Shown one piece after another: positions 46,778 to 55,660 of a stretch of DNA of 64,000 bases. The notes under the pieces are model-generated. The model was not told the DNA's origin and made no database searches. It was given only the letters and a program-made list of their open reading frames with translations. Source of the stretch: Patescibacteria group bacterium (GTDB lineage Bacteria > Patescibacteriota > Minisyncoccia > 2-02-FULL-40-12); contig JBBTXZ010000005.1 in the NCBI GenBank assembly GCA_038062015.1, forward strand, positions 24,215-88,214. The letters are read 5' to 3'. Every line of letters starts with the position of its first letter. Within the stretch, counting starts at the first letter, position 1. Both the position numbers and the translations under genes were made by a program.

Positions 46778-47396
46778 CCTGATTTCATCAGTAAGCCGAT
46801 GGTCGTTGGATGTTTTAAGCCAAGCAGGATATCTTGGCGTTTTTTTTCTCTCAATCGCCGACCGGCTGGCTTTTCAATTCATTCCCGGAGAAGTTATTTT
46901 TTCTCTACTCGGTTTTTTAGTCAGCCAAGCCAGGTTTGATTTCATTTTGGCCCTAGTTTTAACGGTCGCAGGGAATTTTATCGGCGATGTCGTTATTTAT
47001 TCTATTTCTTTGAAGGGCGGTCGTAAATTTATCGAGAAATTCGGCAAATACTTTTTGATTTCCCATTATGATTTAGAGCATACAGAAAAGATTTTTGATA
47101 AATACGGAAGTAAAATGATTTTCTGGGGAAGATTTATTCCAGTTGTAGTTACTTTCATTTCCATTCCGGCCGGTTTGGCCAAAATGAATTTCAAAAAGTT
47201 TTCTATTTTTACTTTTTTAGGCTCTTTGCCGAGAAATTTCATTTTAATCTTTCTCGGTTTTAAACTGGGCGAAAATTGGTCTTTAATCATCAGGTTTTGG
47301 GGGAAGAGCCAATCTGTTATAATTTTAGTGTTGATTGGATTGGTGGTTGGGTATATTTACCGGCATTTAAGAAAAAAACATCTTACTCATAATTAA
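46770..47396 (+). CDS. DedA/TVP38 family membrane protein
   Basis: GYLGVFFLSIADRLAFQFIPGEVIFSLLGF DedA pattern. Confidence 0.75.
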   Translation: MLNLISSVSRWSLDVLSQAGYLGVFFLSIADRLAFQFIPGEVIFSLLGFLVSQARFDFILALVLTVAGNFIGDVVIYSISLKGGRKFIEKFGKYFLISHYDLEHTEKIFDKYGSKMIFWGRFIPVVVTFISIPAGLAKMNFKKFSIFTFLGSLPRNFILIFLGFKLGENWSLIIRFWGKSQSVIILVLIGLVVGYIYRHLRKKHLTHN

Positions 47397-47397
47397 T

Positions 47398-48084
47398 ATG
47401 GATAAAAAAATTATCGTAGCCAATTGGAAGATGAATCCGCAGATGCTCCCAGAAGCCGAGGATTTATTTCGGGTCAGCGGCAATGCCATCGTCTGTCCGC
47501 CGTTTGTTTATATCGAAGCTTTGTCAAAAATAGATTCAGAAGCAGTTTTAGGCGCCCAAGATTGTCATTGGGAAGATGAAGGCGCTTTTACCGGCGAAGT
47601 TTCCGCTAAGATGCTTAAAAACTTAGGGGTCAGATATGTGATTATCGGTCATTCGGAAAGAAGGTGGATTTTCGGCGAAACCGACGAGATAATAAATAAA
47701 AAATTAGAAGCGGTTTTAAGAAACGATTTGACGCCGATTTTGGCTGTCGGCGAAAGGAATAAAAGTGATAAAAGAGAAGAAATTTTAACCTCTCAATTAA
47801 AAGCCGATTTAGATGGAGTTGATTCTGCTAAAATTATTATTGCTTATGAACCGGTTTGGGCCATCGGTAGTGGCGATGCCGAAACTCCGGAACATACCAT
47901 TGAGGCGGTTAAAATTATCAAAAGCGTAGTCGGCGACGCCCCGGTTTTATACGGTGGCAGCGTTGATCCCCGGAATGTCGGAGATTTTATCTCAAAGCCG
48001 GAAATCGCCGGTGTTCTGATTGGTGGAGCAAGCGTTGATAAAGAAGAATTTAGAAAAATCATGGAGATCGTTTCAAATGTTTAA
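47398..48084 (+). CDS. tpiA: Triosephosphate isomerase
   Basis: IVANWKMN and AYEPVWAIGSG motifs. Confidence 0.92.
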   Translation: MDKKIIVANWKMNPQMLPEAEDLFRVSGNAIVCPPFVYIEALSKIDSEAVLGAQDCHWEDEGAFTGEVSAKMLKNLGVRYVIIGHSERRWIFGETDEIINKKLEAVLRNDLTPILAVGERNKSDKREEILTSQLKADLDGVDSAKIIIAYEPVWAIGSGDAETPEHTIEAVKIIKSVVGDAPVLYGGSVDPRNVGDFISKPEIAGVLIGGASVDKEEFRKIMEIVSNV

Positions 48085-49216
48085 AAAGTTAGAGCAATTT
48101 TCAAAAGAAGAGCTAAGTGGCAAAAAAGTTTTTCTGCGGGTTGATTTTAATATTCCATTAACACAACTTCCAACTTCTAGTTTTCGGCTTACAGAGACTT
48201 ATAGAATAAAAGCCCACAAAGAGACTATTGATTTTTTATTGTCGGCTGGAGCCAAAGTCGGGCTAGTTAGTCATATCAACGATAGTTTCAAAAATATTAC
48301 AGAAGAAATTGGGATAATTTTAGGCCATCAGCTTAATTTTGAAGAAGATATTTTAAATCCAAAGTTAGATTCGCCACTCACCCTTTTTGAAAACATCCGA
48401 AAATACGAAGGTGAAGAAATAAACGATTCTGGATTTGCCGAAGATTTGGCTAAAAACTTCGATATTTACGTTAACGACGCTTTTTCGGTTTCTCACCGCA
48501 ATCACGCTTCGGTCTCGGCGATAACCAAATTCCTGCTGTCTTATGCCGGTTTTTTAATGGAAAAAGAATTAAGTAATCTGGAGAAAGTTTTAAATGCGCC
48601 GGCTCAAGGGAAGATAATAATTTTAGGCGGAGCGAAAATTTCCACCAAGATTCCGGTGATTAGGAACTTTTTAGACAAAGCCGGCCATATATTAATCGCC
48701 GGCGCCTTGGCTAATGCAGTTTTCAAATTTAAGGGCTTGGCCGTAGGTCGGTCAACGGCTGATGATTCAGAAGCGACAGAAGTATTGAAACAAACAGATT
48801 GGGACGATTCCAAAATTCTACTGCCTAAAGACATAGTTGTTTTAGAAGACCCTGAAGGAACCCTAAAAGTATTGCCGGTTCAGAATTTAGAGGATAATCA
48901 GATGATTCTGGATATTGGTCCGGAAACGGCCAAGCAATTTTCGGAAATAATAAAAAAATCAAAAACGGTTATTTTCAACGGGCCGCTCGGATTAGCTGAG
49001 GTTGAAGCTTTTTCAGCCGGAACAAAAATAGTTTTAGATTCAATAATCCGTTCCGGGGCTTTTTCGGTTATTGGGGGTGGAGACACTCTGGCTTTGGTTG
49101 AAAAATTGAATTTAACAGACAGTTTTGGTTTTGTTTCCACCGGCGGCGGAGCGATGCTGGAATTTTTGGCTGGGAATAAACTGCCGGGGTTGGAGGCATT
49201 GGGATATTATGGATAA
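48077..49216 (+). CDS. pgk: Phosphoglycerate kinase
   Basis: KVFLRVDFNIP and PGK C-terminal motifs. ATG at 48077 overlaps the tpiA stop. Confidence 0.9.
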   Translation: MFKKLEQFSKEELSGKKVFLRVDFNIPLTQLPTSSFRLTETYRIKAHKETIDFLLSAGAKVGLVSHINDSFKNITEEIGIILGHQLNFEEDILNPKLDSPLTLFENIRKYEGEEINDSGFAEDLAKNFDIYVNDAFSVSHRNHASVSAITKFLLSYAGFLMEKELSNLEKVLNAPAQGKIIILGGAKISTKIPVIRNFLDKAGHILIAGALANAVFKFKGLAVGRSTADDSEATEVLKQTDWDDSKILLPKDIVVLEDPEGTLKVLPVQNLEDNQMILDIGPETAKQFSEIIKKSKTVIFNGPLGLAEVEAFSAGTKIVLDSIIRSGAFSVIGGGDTLALVEKLNLTDSFGFVSTGGGAMLEFLAGNKLPGLEALGYYG

Positions 49217-50060
49217 TCAAAAAATTAAGAAAAATGTAGTTATTTTATATCACGCTGACTGCAGCGACGGTTTTGGCGGAGCTTTTGCGGCTTGGAAGAA
49301 ATTCGGCGAGGAAGCCGATTATATTCCGATAGAACATCAGGCGCCTTTACCAGAAGATTTAAAGGGAAAACAGATTTTTTTCATTGATATTGTTCCGGAC
49401 GAAACAATTCTTAAAAAAGTGATTAACGGCAATATTTCAGTTGTCGGGATTGACCACCATAAAACCAGCGAGGCCAGTATGCATTTATTTAAAGAATATT
49501 CTTTTGACAACAATCATTCCGGCGCGGTTTTAGCCTGGAAATATTTTAATCAAGAAAAATCAGTTCCCAAGCTTTTGCTTTTAATTGAAGATATGGATTT
49601 ATGGAGATGGGGATATCCGGAGACTAGCCGATTTATTGCGGCCTTAGCTCTTTACGATTATGGCTTTGATAGTTGGGATAAAATATCCTCGGATATAGAA
49701 AATCCTGAAAAGTTTAAAGACTATCTTTCCAAAGGAGAAATTATAAATACTTACATCAAAAGAATCGCCAATAATTTAGTTAAGTATGCCCAAAAAGTCA
49801 ATTTTGAAGGTTATCAGGTTTATGCCGCGAATGTGCACCACCCAATTAAAAGTTTTGTTGGGCCGGTTTTAAAAGAAAAATATCCGCCTTTTGCTATTAC
49901 TTGGGTTCAGGAAGGCGATATAATTCACGTTTCTTTGCGGTCTGACGGTTCGGTTGATGTTTCTGAAATCGCTAAAAAATACGGGGGCGGAGGGCACAAA
50001 GCCGCGGCCGGTTTTTCTTTCCCGGCCGGCCAGCCCTTTCCATGGAAGATAATCAAATAA
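49209..50060 (+). CDS. DHH/DHHA1 family phosphoesterase (NrnA-like)
   Basis: HADCSDGFGGAFA and IDHHKT (DHH) motifs, plus a GGGH DHHA1 region. Confidence 0.8.
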   Translation: MDNQKIKKNVVILYHADCSDGFGGAFAAWKKFGEEADYIPIEHQAPLPEDLKGKQIFFIDIVPDETILKKVINGNISVVGIDHHKTSEASMHLFKEYSFDNNHSGAVLAWKYFNQEKSVPKLLLLIEDMDLWRWGYPETSRFIAALALYDYGFDSWDKISSDIENPEKFKDYLSKGEIINTYIKRIANNLVKYAQKVNFEGYQVYAANVHHPIKSFVGPVLKEKYPPFAITWVQEGDIIHVSLRSDGSVDVSEIAKKYGGGGHKAAAGFSFPAGQPFPWKIIK

Positions 50061-50111
50061 ACCCAGCTTACAAATAATGATATATCATAAAAAGTAAGCT
50101 GGAGGAAAATT

Positions 50112-50549
50112 ATGAATCAAAAATTTATAATACACACAGATGGAGGAGCTAGAGGAAATCCAGGCCCTGCAGCAATAGGCGTTATAATAGAAGCGCCCGC
50201 GGAGATAAAAAAATACGGCGAATATATTGGTGAAGCGACTAATAATGAGGCCGAGTATCAAGCGGTGGTTTTCGCCTTGAAAAAATTGAAGCAGTTAATC
50301 GGAAAGGAAAAATCAAAATCAGAGGCCGAGGTTGAGATTCATTTAGACAGCGAGCTTTTAGCCAGCCAGATTAATGGAGAATATAAGATTAAAGAAAAGA
50401 ACTTGCAGGAGCTTTTTTTGCAAGTTTGGAACTTGAAGCAGGATTTTAAAAACGTAAGTTTCAAAAATATTCCGCGAGAAAAAAATCGGGGCGCGGATAA
50501 GCTGGTTAATCAGGCTTTGGATAAAGAGTTGTCAAGATTGGATTTATAG
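50112..50549 (+). CDS. rnhA: Ribonuclease HI
   Basis: IHTDGGARGNPGPAAIG...NNEAEY RNase H motifs. Confidence 0.88.
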   Translation: MNQKFIIHTDGGARGNPGPAAIGVIIEAPAEIKKYGEYIGEATNNEAEYQAVVFALKKLKQLIGKEKSKSEAEVEIHLDSELLASQINGEYKIKEKNLQELFLQVWNLKQDFKNVSFKNIPREKNRGADKLVNQALDKELSRLDL

Positions 50550-50550
50550 A

Positions 50551-50580
50551 CAAAAAAATCGATGAGTATCGATTTTTTTG
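50551..50580. terminator. Bidirectional terminator caaaaaaatcgatgagtatcgatttttttg
   Basis: Stem-loop flanked by A-run and T-run, between rnhA(+) and rnpB(-). Confidence 0.8.
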
Positions 50581-50589
50581 TGTTCCTTG

Positions 50590-50965
50590 GTAAATCTATA
50601 AGCCGAATTCTGTATTTGTGTAGTCATTTATCTGGCCCATCGATTACTTTCAGGGTCAAGCGGCACTCCCTAAACTACATAGAGTCCAGGGTACGGCCTT
50701 GCACCCGGGTAAGGATTTAGCGGACCGATATGTTGCCATACCAGTACTCGTTTCACCCCGATGCTTTAAACCCATCGCATCGGACTAAGCTTAATTTGAT
50801 AAAATCAAATCTTTGGGTTTGCCTTCTTTGGAGTCGCCTCCTTGGACGTCTCTTGTCGCACCTCTATCCTTTCGGACGGCGGGCGTTACCCGCTACCATT
50901 TTAACTACTCATTTTTAAATAAGTACGTGGGTGTTCGGACTTTCCTCTCTCTGTTAAAATATATA
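50590..50965 (-). ncRNA. rnpB: RNase P RNA (bacterial type)
   Basis: Minus strand contains a P3 hairpin followed by GAGGAAAGUCCGAAC (P4 5' strand), GGGUAACGCC, a GAAAGG...GGUGCGACAAGAGAC region resembling GAAAGGGUGCGGUAAGAGCGCACC, and ACAGAAUUCGGCUUAUAG (P4 3' strand, cf. ACAGAACCCGGCUUAUCGG). The + strand ORFs here are spurious. Confidence 0.65.
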
Positions 50966-51014
50966 ACAGAGAGTGACTACCCGATTTGCCAAAGAACTAT
51001 TATATTATAGCAAA

Positions 51015-51617
51015 ATGAACTTAAAAGTCAAACGGTTTATTGATATAGTATTATCTCTTATTGGTTTAATCGTTTTAAGCCCTGTTTTTTTAATCATTGC
51101 CTTTTTCATCAAGTGGGATTCAGAAGGTCCAGTCTTTGTGAAATTAAGAAGAGTAAGCCAAGGGAAAGATTTTTGTTTTATAAAATTCAGGTCGATGATA
51201 AATAACGCCCACTTCCTCAACCCACAATTGCGTCTAATTAGAAATGACAGGCCAAATGCCGGCCCTTTTTGGAAGATGAAAGATGATCCGAGAATTACCA
51301 GAGTGGGTAGATTTTTGAGGAGTCATTTTTTGGACGAGCTGCCTTCTTTGATTAATGTCTTAAAGGGCGATATAAGTTTGGTTGGGCCGCGGCCGCACGA
51401 GCCGGAAGAAGTTATTCAATATAAAAATAAATATCCAGAAGTTGTTGCAGCCAAGGCAGGCATTACCTGTTTGCCTCGGCTTTATAATCCGCATCTCACT
51501 TTTGAAGAAGAAATGATAATAGAACAAAATTATTTAAAAAACCAATCCCTCTCGCTTGATTTTAAAATTTTGGTTAAAACACTCGCGAAGGTTTTTAAGG
51601 ACAGGCCGGAAGGGTGA
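51015..51617 (+). CDS. Polyprenyl-phosphate sugar phosphotransferase (bacterial sugar transferase, WbaP/WcaJ-like small form)
   Basis: N-terminal TM, then ...DELPSL.NVLKGDISLVGPRP signature. ATG at 51015 chosen, because the track's GTG start overlaps rnpB. Confidence 0.8.
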   Translation: MNLKVKRFIDIVLSLIGLIVLSPVFLIIAFFIKWDSEGPVFVKLRRVSQGKDFCFIKFRSMINNAHFLNPQLRLIRNDRPNAGPFWKMKDDPRITRVGRFLRSHFLDELPSLINVLKGDISLVGPRPHEPEEVIQYKNKYPEVVAAKAGITCLPRLYNPHLTFEEEMIIEQNYLKNQSLSLDFKILVKTLAKVFKDRPEG

Positions 51618-51866
51618 ATTAGTAATGTTTAACTTTTAATACCTAAGTATAAAAAGAGCTATATGACTCCTCATCTTGAATGCACCCCAGCGAATTTTGA
51701 CAAAAGACACCAACTTTGCTATAATGTAAAAGTAAGATAAAACAGCACTTTTATAAGATTTATTTGCGAAAGAGATAGCCGTAGCCAAAAGCACTTCGAT
51801 AAACTCAGTGTTTCTGGCTATGGCTATCATGGTGATGGTCCTCTGGCACAACCCAAGGAGGTTGTC

Positions 51867-52475
51867 ATGGCAAGAGTAGCACTCTGCGATATTCGTGGAC
51901 TGCTCGTTGATACGATCGAGAAGCTGTCGGGCGAAGATGGTACCGAGTGGGCTGAAGAGTTCAAGCAGATTCTCCGTAAGGGAGTATCGGGTTTGCTCAG
52001 GAAGTTCACCGAAGTCATGGCCACCGGCGTCCAGAGGTTCGTCGCCAGAGACGCTTTCGGCGAGAACAACGCTGACGGCATCAAGTTCTATCTCTGGCCG
52101 AATTTCGTGAACAACTACCTCGGTAAGATCGAGGAAGACGTGAAGCCGGCGACCATCGTCATCCACCGTCTCGAGAAGGCATCGCGCAACGACAAAATCA
52201 TGGCCGAGCTGGGCATTGACATCAAGACCAAGAAGGGGGTCATCAAGTTGGCCCACTTCCGCGAGATGCTCAAAGTTCAAGCCCAAGGCCAGGAAGGTCT
52301 TCTTCTTGTTAACGGTTACGCAAACATGGCGTATATCGAAGATGAGAAAGGGAAGGTCTGGGCCGTGTACGCGTACTGGTATTCGTCGTATCGCGAGTGG
52401 CGCGTCTTTGCCGACTCTGTCGAGGACCCGTGCGAGTGGTTTCAGGGCGACCGGGTTCTCTCGCAAGTATCCTAG
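51867..52475 (+). CDS. DGR target (variable) protein, GC-rich; the C-terminal ~36 aa are encoded by the variable repeat
   Basis: Strong SD aaggagg 7 nt upstream. The 3' end (52357..52462) matches the downstream TR except at TR adenines. A terminator follows. Confidence 0.8.
   Translation: MARVALCDIRGLLVDTIEKLSGEDGTEWAEEFKQILRKGVSGLLRKFTEVMATGVQRFVARDAFGENNADGIKFYLWPNFVNNYLGKIEEDVKPATIVIHRLEKASRNDKIMAELGIDIKTKKGVIKLAHFREMLKVQAQGQEGLLLVNGYANMAYIEDEKGKVWAVYAYWYSSYREWRVFADSVEDPCEWFQGDRVLSQVS
52357..52462 (+). repeat. DGR variable repeat (VR)
   Basis: 106-nt alignment with 52788..52893. All 16 mismatches lie where the TR has A (VR has T, C or G). Confidence 0.85.
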
Positions 52476-52512
52476 GATCTTGGGTCTTCGGACTTTTGGT
52501 CCTTGGGTCCGC

Positions 52513-52555
52513 CGGGTCGGTTGGAGTTTTCAACCGACCCGTTTTCTTTTACAAA
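52513..52555 (+). terminator. Hairpin + T-run downstream of the VR (gggtcggttgg...ccaaccgaccc gttttctttt)
   Basis: Seen directly. May also act as the DGR target-recognition hairpin. Confidence 0.6.
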
Positions 52556-52787
52556 AGTTTCCAGTAAGATATATTTGGATAGTAGGCGAATCTGCCGGCG
52601 GTTACGGCTTCCGGCGGCCGAACTCCAGGCGTGCATAATGGTTTTGAATATAGGAGCCTTAAAAACGAAGATACTTGGTGCGGAATATTAGGGGAATAAG
52701 GAAAATTATATTCCGAGGGTCCCGAATTCGATACAGTCCTGAGAGCATTCAAGGGGCAGTGGCACAGAAGATATTCCGTACGATAAT

Positions 52788-52893
52788 CTGGGCCGTGAAC
52801 GCGAACTGGAATTCGTCGAATCGCGAGTGGAACGTCAATGCCAACTCTGTCGAGAACCCGAACGAGTGGAATCAGGGCAACCAGGTTCTCTCG
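52788..52893 (+). repeat. DGR template repeat (TR), non-coding, rich in AAC codon-equivalents
   Basis: In the VR frame it would encode WAVNANWNSSNREWNVNANSVENPNEWNQGNQ. The ORF 52675..52989 in the track is an artefact of this repeat. Confidence 0.85.
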
Positions 52894-52920
52894 AAAATCT
52901 CTTCGTTCAATCCGCCTTAT

Positions 52921-53196
52921 CTATTGGCGGGTTGTTTTTTTCTGCCAGCCGCCGAGCATCCGGCCGACCTCTTCAAGTTTTATAGATAGAGCAATATACT
53001 GTTTACTATTCAATAGTTTTAGTTCCCACATTATCTGAAAAAGGAATTTTAGTATATCAAACGAGTCAGATGCTTTATTGAGATATATCAGTTTATCCGG
53101 TTTTGTTTTCCGACTCGCGATAAAAATATTCTGAATCGTTTCAATAAATAAAGATTCAATTTTAGCTCCAAGTCCGAATCTGGTCAGTTTGTCCAA
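52921..53196 (-). CDS. avd: Avd-like accessory variability determinant (four-helix-bundle, 23S-IVS protein family), antisense to TR and RT
   Basis: C-terminus ...YIALSIKLEEVGRMLGGWQKK matches the IVS/Avd family ending (E-I/V-G-K/R-M-L-x-G-L/W). TTG start, with no in-frame ATG upstream. Confidence 0.55.
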   Translation of the reverse strand: MDKLTRFGLGAKIESLFIETIQNIFIASRKTKPDKLIYLNKASDSFDILKFLFQIMWELKLLNSKQYIALSIKLEEVGRMLGGWQKKTTRQ

Positions 53197-53263
53197 ATGA
53201 ATCCAATAACCATGCCAAATCTTGTAAGCGGCAATAAGCTTTTGGAGTATCGGCAGAGTAAGG

Positions 53264-54247
53264 TTGGGGGGGGGGCGTAGAAGTCATCTTTATTATGAAG
53301 ATATTATCTCACTTGAAAATATTTTGGAAGCGTGGAAAGAATTCATCAAAGACAAAAGAAAGAAAAAAGATGTCTATGAGTTCCAGTTGAATCTGATGGA
53401 TAATATTTTGGAACTCCACCGAGATTTAAAGAGCTTCAAATATATTCATGGTGGTTATAAGGTATTCAAAATCAACGATCCGAAACCAAGAAACATCCAT
53501 AAAGCCGATGTCAGAGACAGATTACTGCATCACGCCATTTACAGAATTTTGTATCCGTTTTTTGATAGGACGTTTATTAGTGACTCTTTTTCCTGCAGAA
53601 ACTACAAAGGGACTCACAGGGCCTTAAACAGATTCAGAAGGTTTGGTTACAAGGTCAGTAAAAATAACACTAAAACCTGCTGGGTTTTAAAATGCGACAT
53701 CAGGAAATTCTTTGAAAATATTAGCCAAGATATTCTAATCGGTATTTTAAAAAAGTATATTCCAGATAAAAAAGTAATCTGGCTGCTTGAAAAAGTAATC
53801 CGCAGTTTTTCTTCTGGTTTGCCCCTCGGAAATCTTACTTCCCAACTCTTAATCAATATCTATATGAATGAATTTGACCAGTTTGTGAAACATAAATTAA
53901 GGATTAAATATTATATCAGATATGCTGATGATTTTGTCATCTTTTCGGGAGATAGAAACTGGCTTGAAAGTAAAATAGAACCGATTAGGAACTTCTTATC
54001 TGACAGATTGAAATTAGAGCTTCATTCGGATAAGATTTTCATTAAAACCTTAGCTTCGGGAGTTGATTTTCTCGGCTGGGTTCATTTTCCGGACCACAGA
54101 ATTCTAAGAACAACTACCAAAAGAAGAATGTTTAGAAGATTAAAAGAATCAAGAAATCAAGAAACTCTTAATTCTTATTTGGGGTTGATTAAACACGGGA
54201 ACACTGGAAAGATAAAAAAGAAGATTTATTTAATTCAAAAATTATGA
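53264..54247 (+). CDS. DGR reverse transcriptase
   Basis: RT motifs, including the catalytic YADD (IRYADDFVIF) and an upstream ...LPLGNLTSQLLINIYMNEFD (motif 4/5-like). TTG start flanked by a 10-G homopolymer. Confidence 0.85.
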   Translation: MGGGRRSHLYYEDIISLENILEAWKEFIKDKRKKKDVYEFQLNLMDNILELHRDLKSFKYIHGGYKVFKINDPKPRNIHKADVRDRLLHHAIYRILYPFFDRTFISDSFSCRNYKGTHRALNRFRRFGYKVSKNNTKTCWVLKCDIRKFFENISQDILIGILKKYIPDKKVIWLLEKVIRSFSSGLPLGNLTSQLLINIYMNEFDQFVKHKLRIKYYIRYADDFVIFSGDRNWLESKIEPIRNFLSDRLKLELHSDKIFIKTLASGVDFLGWVHFPDHRILRTTTKRRMFRRLKESRNQETLNSYLGLIKHGNTGKIKKKIYLIQKL

Positions 54248-54534
54248 ACCCCCACACTCACAAAGCTTATATGTTCTACGTTTATTTAATAAAAAGTAGG
54301 AAAACAGGTAATTTATACACGGGTTGTACTAGTAATTTGGTAAAAAGATTCAAAGAACATAATGAAAACAAAAACTTTTCTACGAAGAATAAAGGACCAT
54401 TTGAACTTATTTACTATGAAGCATATAAAAATAAAGACGATGCTTTCAATCGCGAACATAATTTAAAGCTTCGTGCCAATGCTTTAACTGGTCTTAAAAG
54501 AAGGCTGGTTAAAAGCCTCGGCAAAGCTTTATGA
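54244..54534 (+). CDS. GIY-YIG nuclease family protein (YhbQ/UPF0213-like), overlapping the RT stop by 4 nt
   Basis: FYVYLIKSRKTGNLYTGCTSNLVKRFKEHN, the GIY-YIG signature. Confidence 0.75.
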   Translation: MNPHTHKAYMFYVYLIKSRKTGNLYTGCTSNLVKRFKEHNENKNFSTKNKGPFELIYYEAYKNKDDAFNREHNLKLRANALTGLKRRLVKSLGKAL

Positions 54535-55634
54535 GTGTGGGGGTGAAAATCGCTTTAGTCTATGATTATTTGACTCAATTCGGCGGAGGGGAAAGAGTGC
54601 TTAAAGCGTTTTGCGAAATGTTCCCGGAGGCGCCGATTTTTACTTTGATTTATGACGAGCGAGCTACTGGCGGCGCTTTTAAGAATAAAAAAATCTATAC
54701 CTCTTTTTTACAAAAAATCCCGGGCGCCAAGAAACTTTTCCGCGGGTTCATTTGGCTGATGCCTTTGGCAATTGAGCAATTTGATTTGTCTGATTTTAAT
54801 CTAGTAATTTCTGTTTCTCATTCTTTCGGCAAAGGCATAATCACAAAGCCAAAAACAAAACATATTTGCTATTGTCTGACTCCGACCCGCTATCTTTGGC
54901 ATGATGCCGGCCTGCCCTTCAAACCGGTTTCGCAATTTCTCCTGACTTATTTAAGGGCTTGGGATTATCAAGCCGCTCAACGGCCGGATTATTTTATCGC
55001 TGATTCGGAAAACGTCCGCCAAAGAATCAAGAAATACTATAACCGCGAATCAAAAGTGATTTACCCGCCACTCTGGAGGCTGGAGACTGGAGGCGAGAAG
55101 CTGGAAGTTGAATATAAAAACTATTTTTTGATGGTCGGGCGGATGGTGCCGTATAAAAGATTTGATATAGCGATAGAGGCATTTAAAAGATTGCCGGAAG
55201 AAAAATTGTTAATTATCGGCGATGGACCGGGAAGAAAGAAGTTAGAAGTAAGAAATAAGAAATTAGGAGCTAAGAATATAAGATTTCTTGGCAAGGTTTC
55301 TGATTCAGAACTGGCAAAATATTATGCCGGCTCTAAAGCGCTGATTTTTCCGCAAGAAGAAGATTTCGGCATTGTGCCATTGGAAGCAATGGCTTCGGGC
55401 CGATCAGTGATTGCTTATCGGGCCGGCGGGGCCCTGGAAACAGTAATAGAAGGGGAGACCGGCGAATTTTTCAGCGAACAAACTCCGGAATCTTTAATGA
55501 GAAAAGTCCAGTCATTTGACGAGAAAAAATTTAACCCGCAGAAAATCAGAGAGTATTCTTTTAAGTATGACAAAGTAGAGTTTAAAAATAAGATCCAGAA
55601 TTTTTTAAGCCATTTGCATAATTATAAAAAATAA
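54531..55634 (+). CDS. Family 4 (GT-B) glycosyltransferase
   Basis: GT4 C-terminal signature (...LIFPQEEDFGIVPLEAMASGRSVIAY...). Carries an in-frame 'ctggaggctggag' repeat at ~55079..55125. Confidence 0.8.
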   Translation: MSVGVKIALVYDYLTQFGGGERVLKAFCEMFPEAPIFTLIYDERATGGAFKNKKIYTSFLQKIPGAKKLFRGFIWLMPLAIEQFDLSDFNLVISVSHSFGKGIITKPKTKHICYCLTPTRYLWHDAGLPFKPVSQFLLTYLRAWDYQAAQRPDYFIADSENVRQRIKKYYNRESKVIYPPLWRLETGGEKLEVEYKNYFLMVGRMVPYKRFDIAIEAFKRLPEEKLLIIGDGPGRKKLEVRNKKLGAKNIRFLGKVSDSELAKYYAGSKALIFPQEEDFGIVPLEAMASGRSVIAYRAGGALETVIEGETGEFFSEQTPESLMRKVQSFDEKKFNPQKIREYSFKYDKVEFKNKIQNFLSHLHNYKK

Positions 55635-55660
55635 GATAATATTATATAAGGAGGTGAAAG

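Noticed and set aside
50730-51010. Two small + strand ORFs and the GTG-extended start of the sugar transferase
   Set aside because: They lie over the RNase P RNA gene (minus strand). The transferase is better started at the ATG at 51015.
51636-52466. 276-aa minus-strand ORF antisense to the DGR target gene
   Set aside because: GC-rich shadow frame. The + strand gene has a strong SD (aaggagg) and a terminator, and carries the VR in the coding-consistent frame.
52675-52989. 104-aa + strand ORF (…AVNANWNSSNREWNVNANSVENPNEW…)
   Set aside because: It is the non-coding DGR template repeat read in the VR frame, not a gene.
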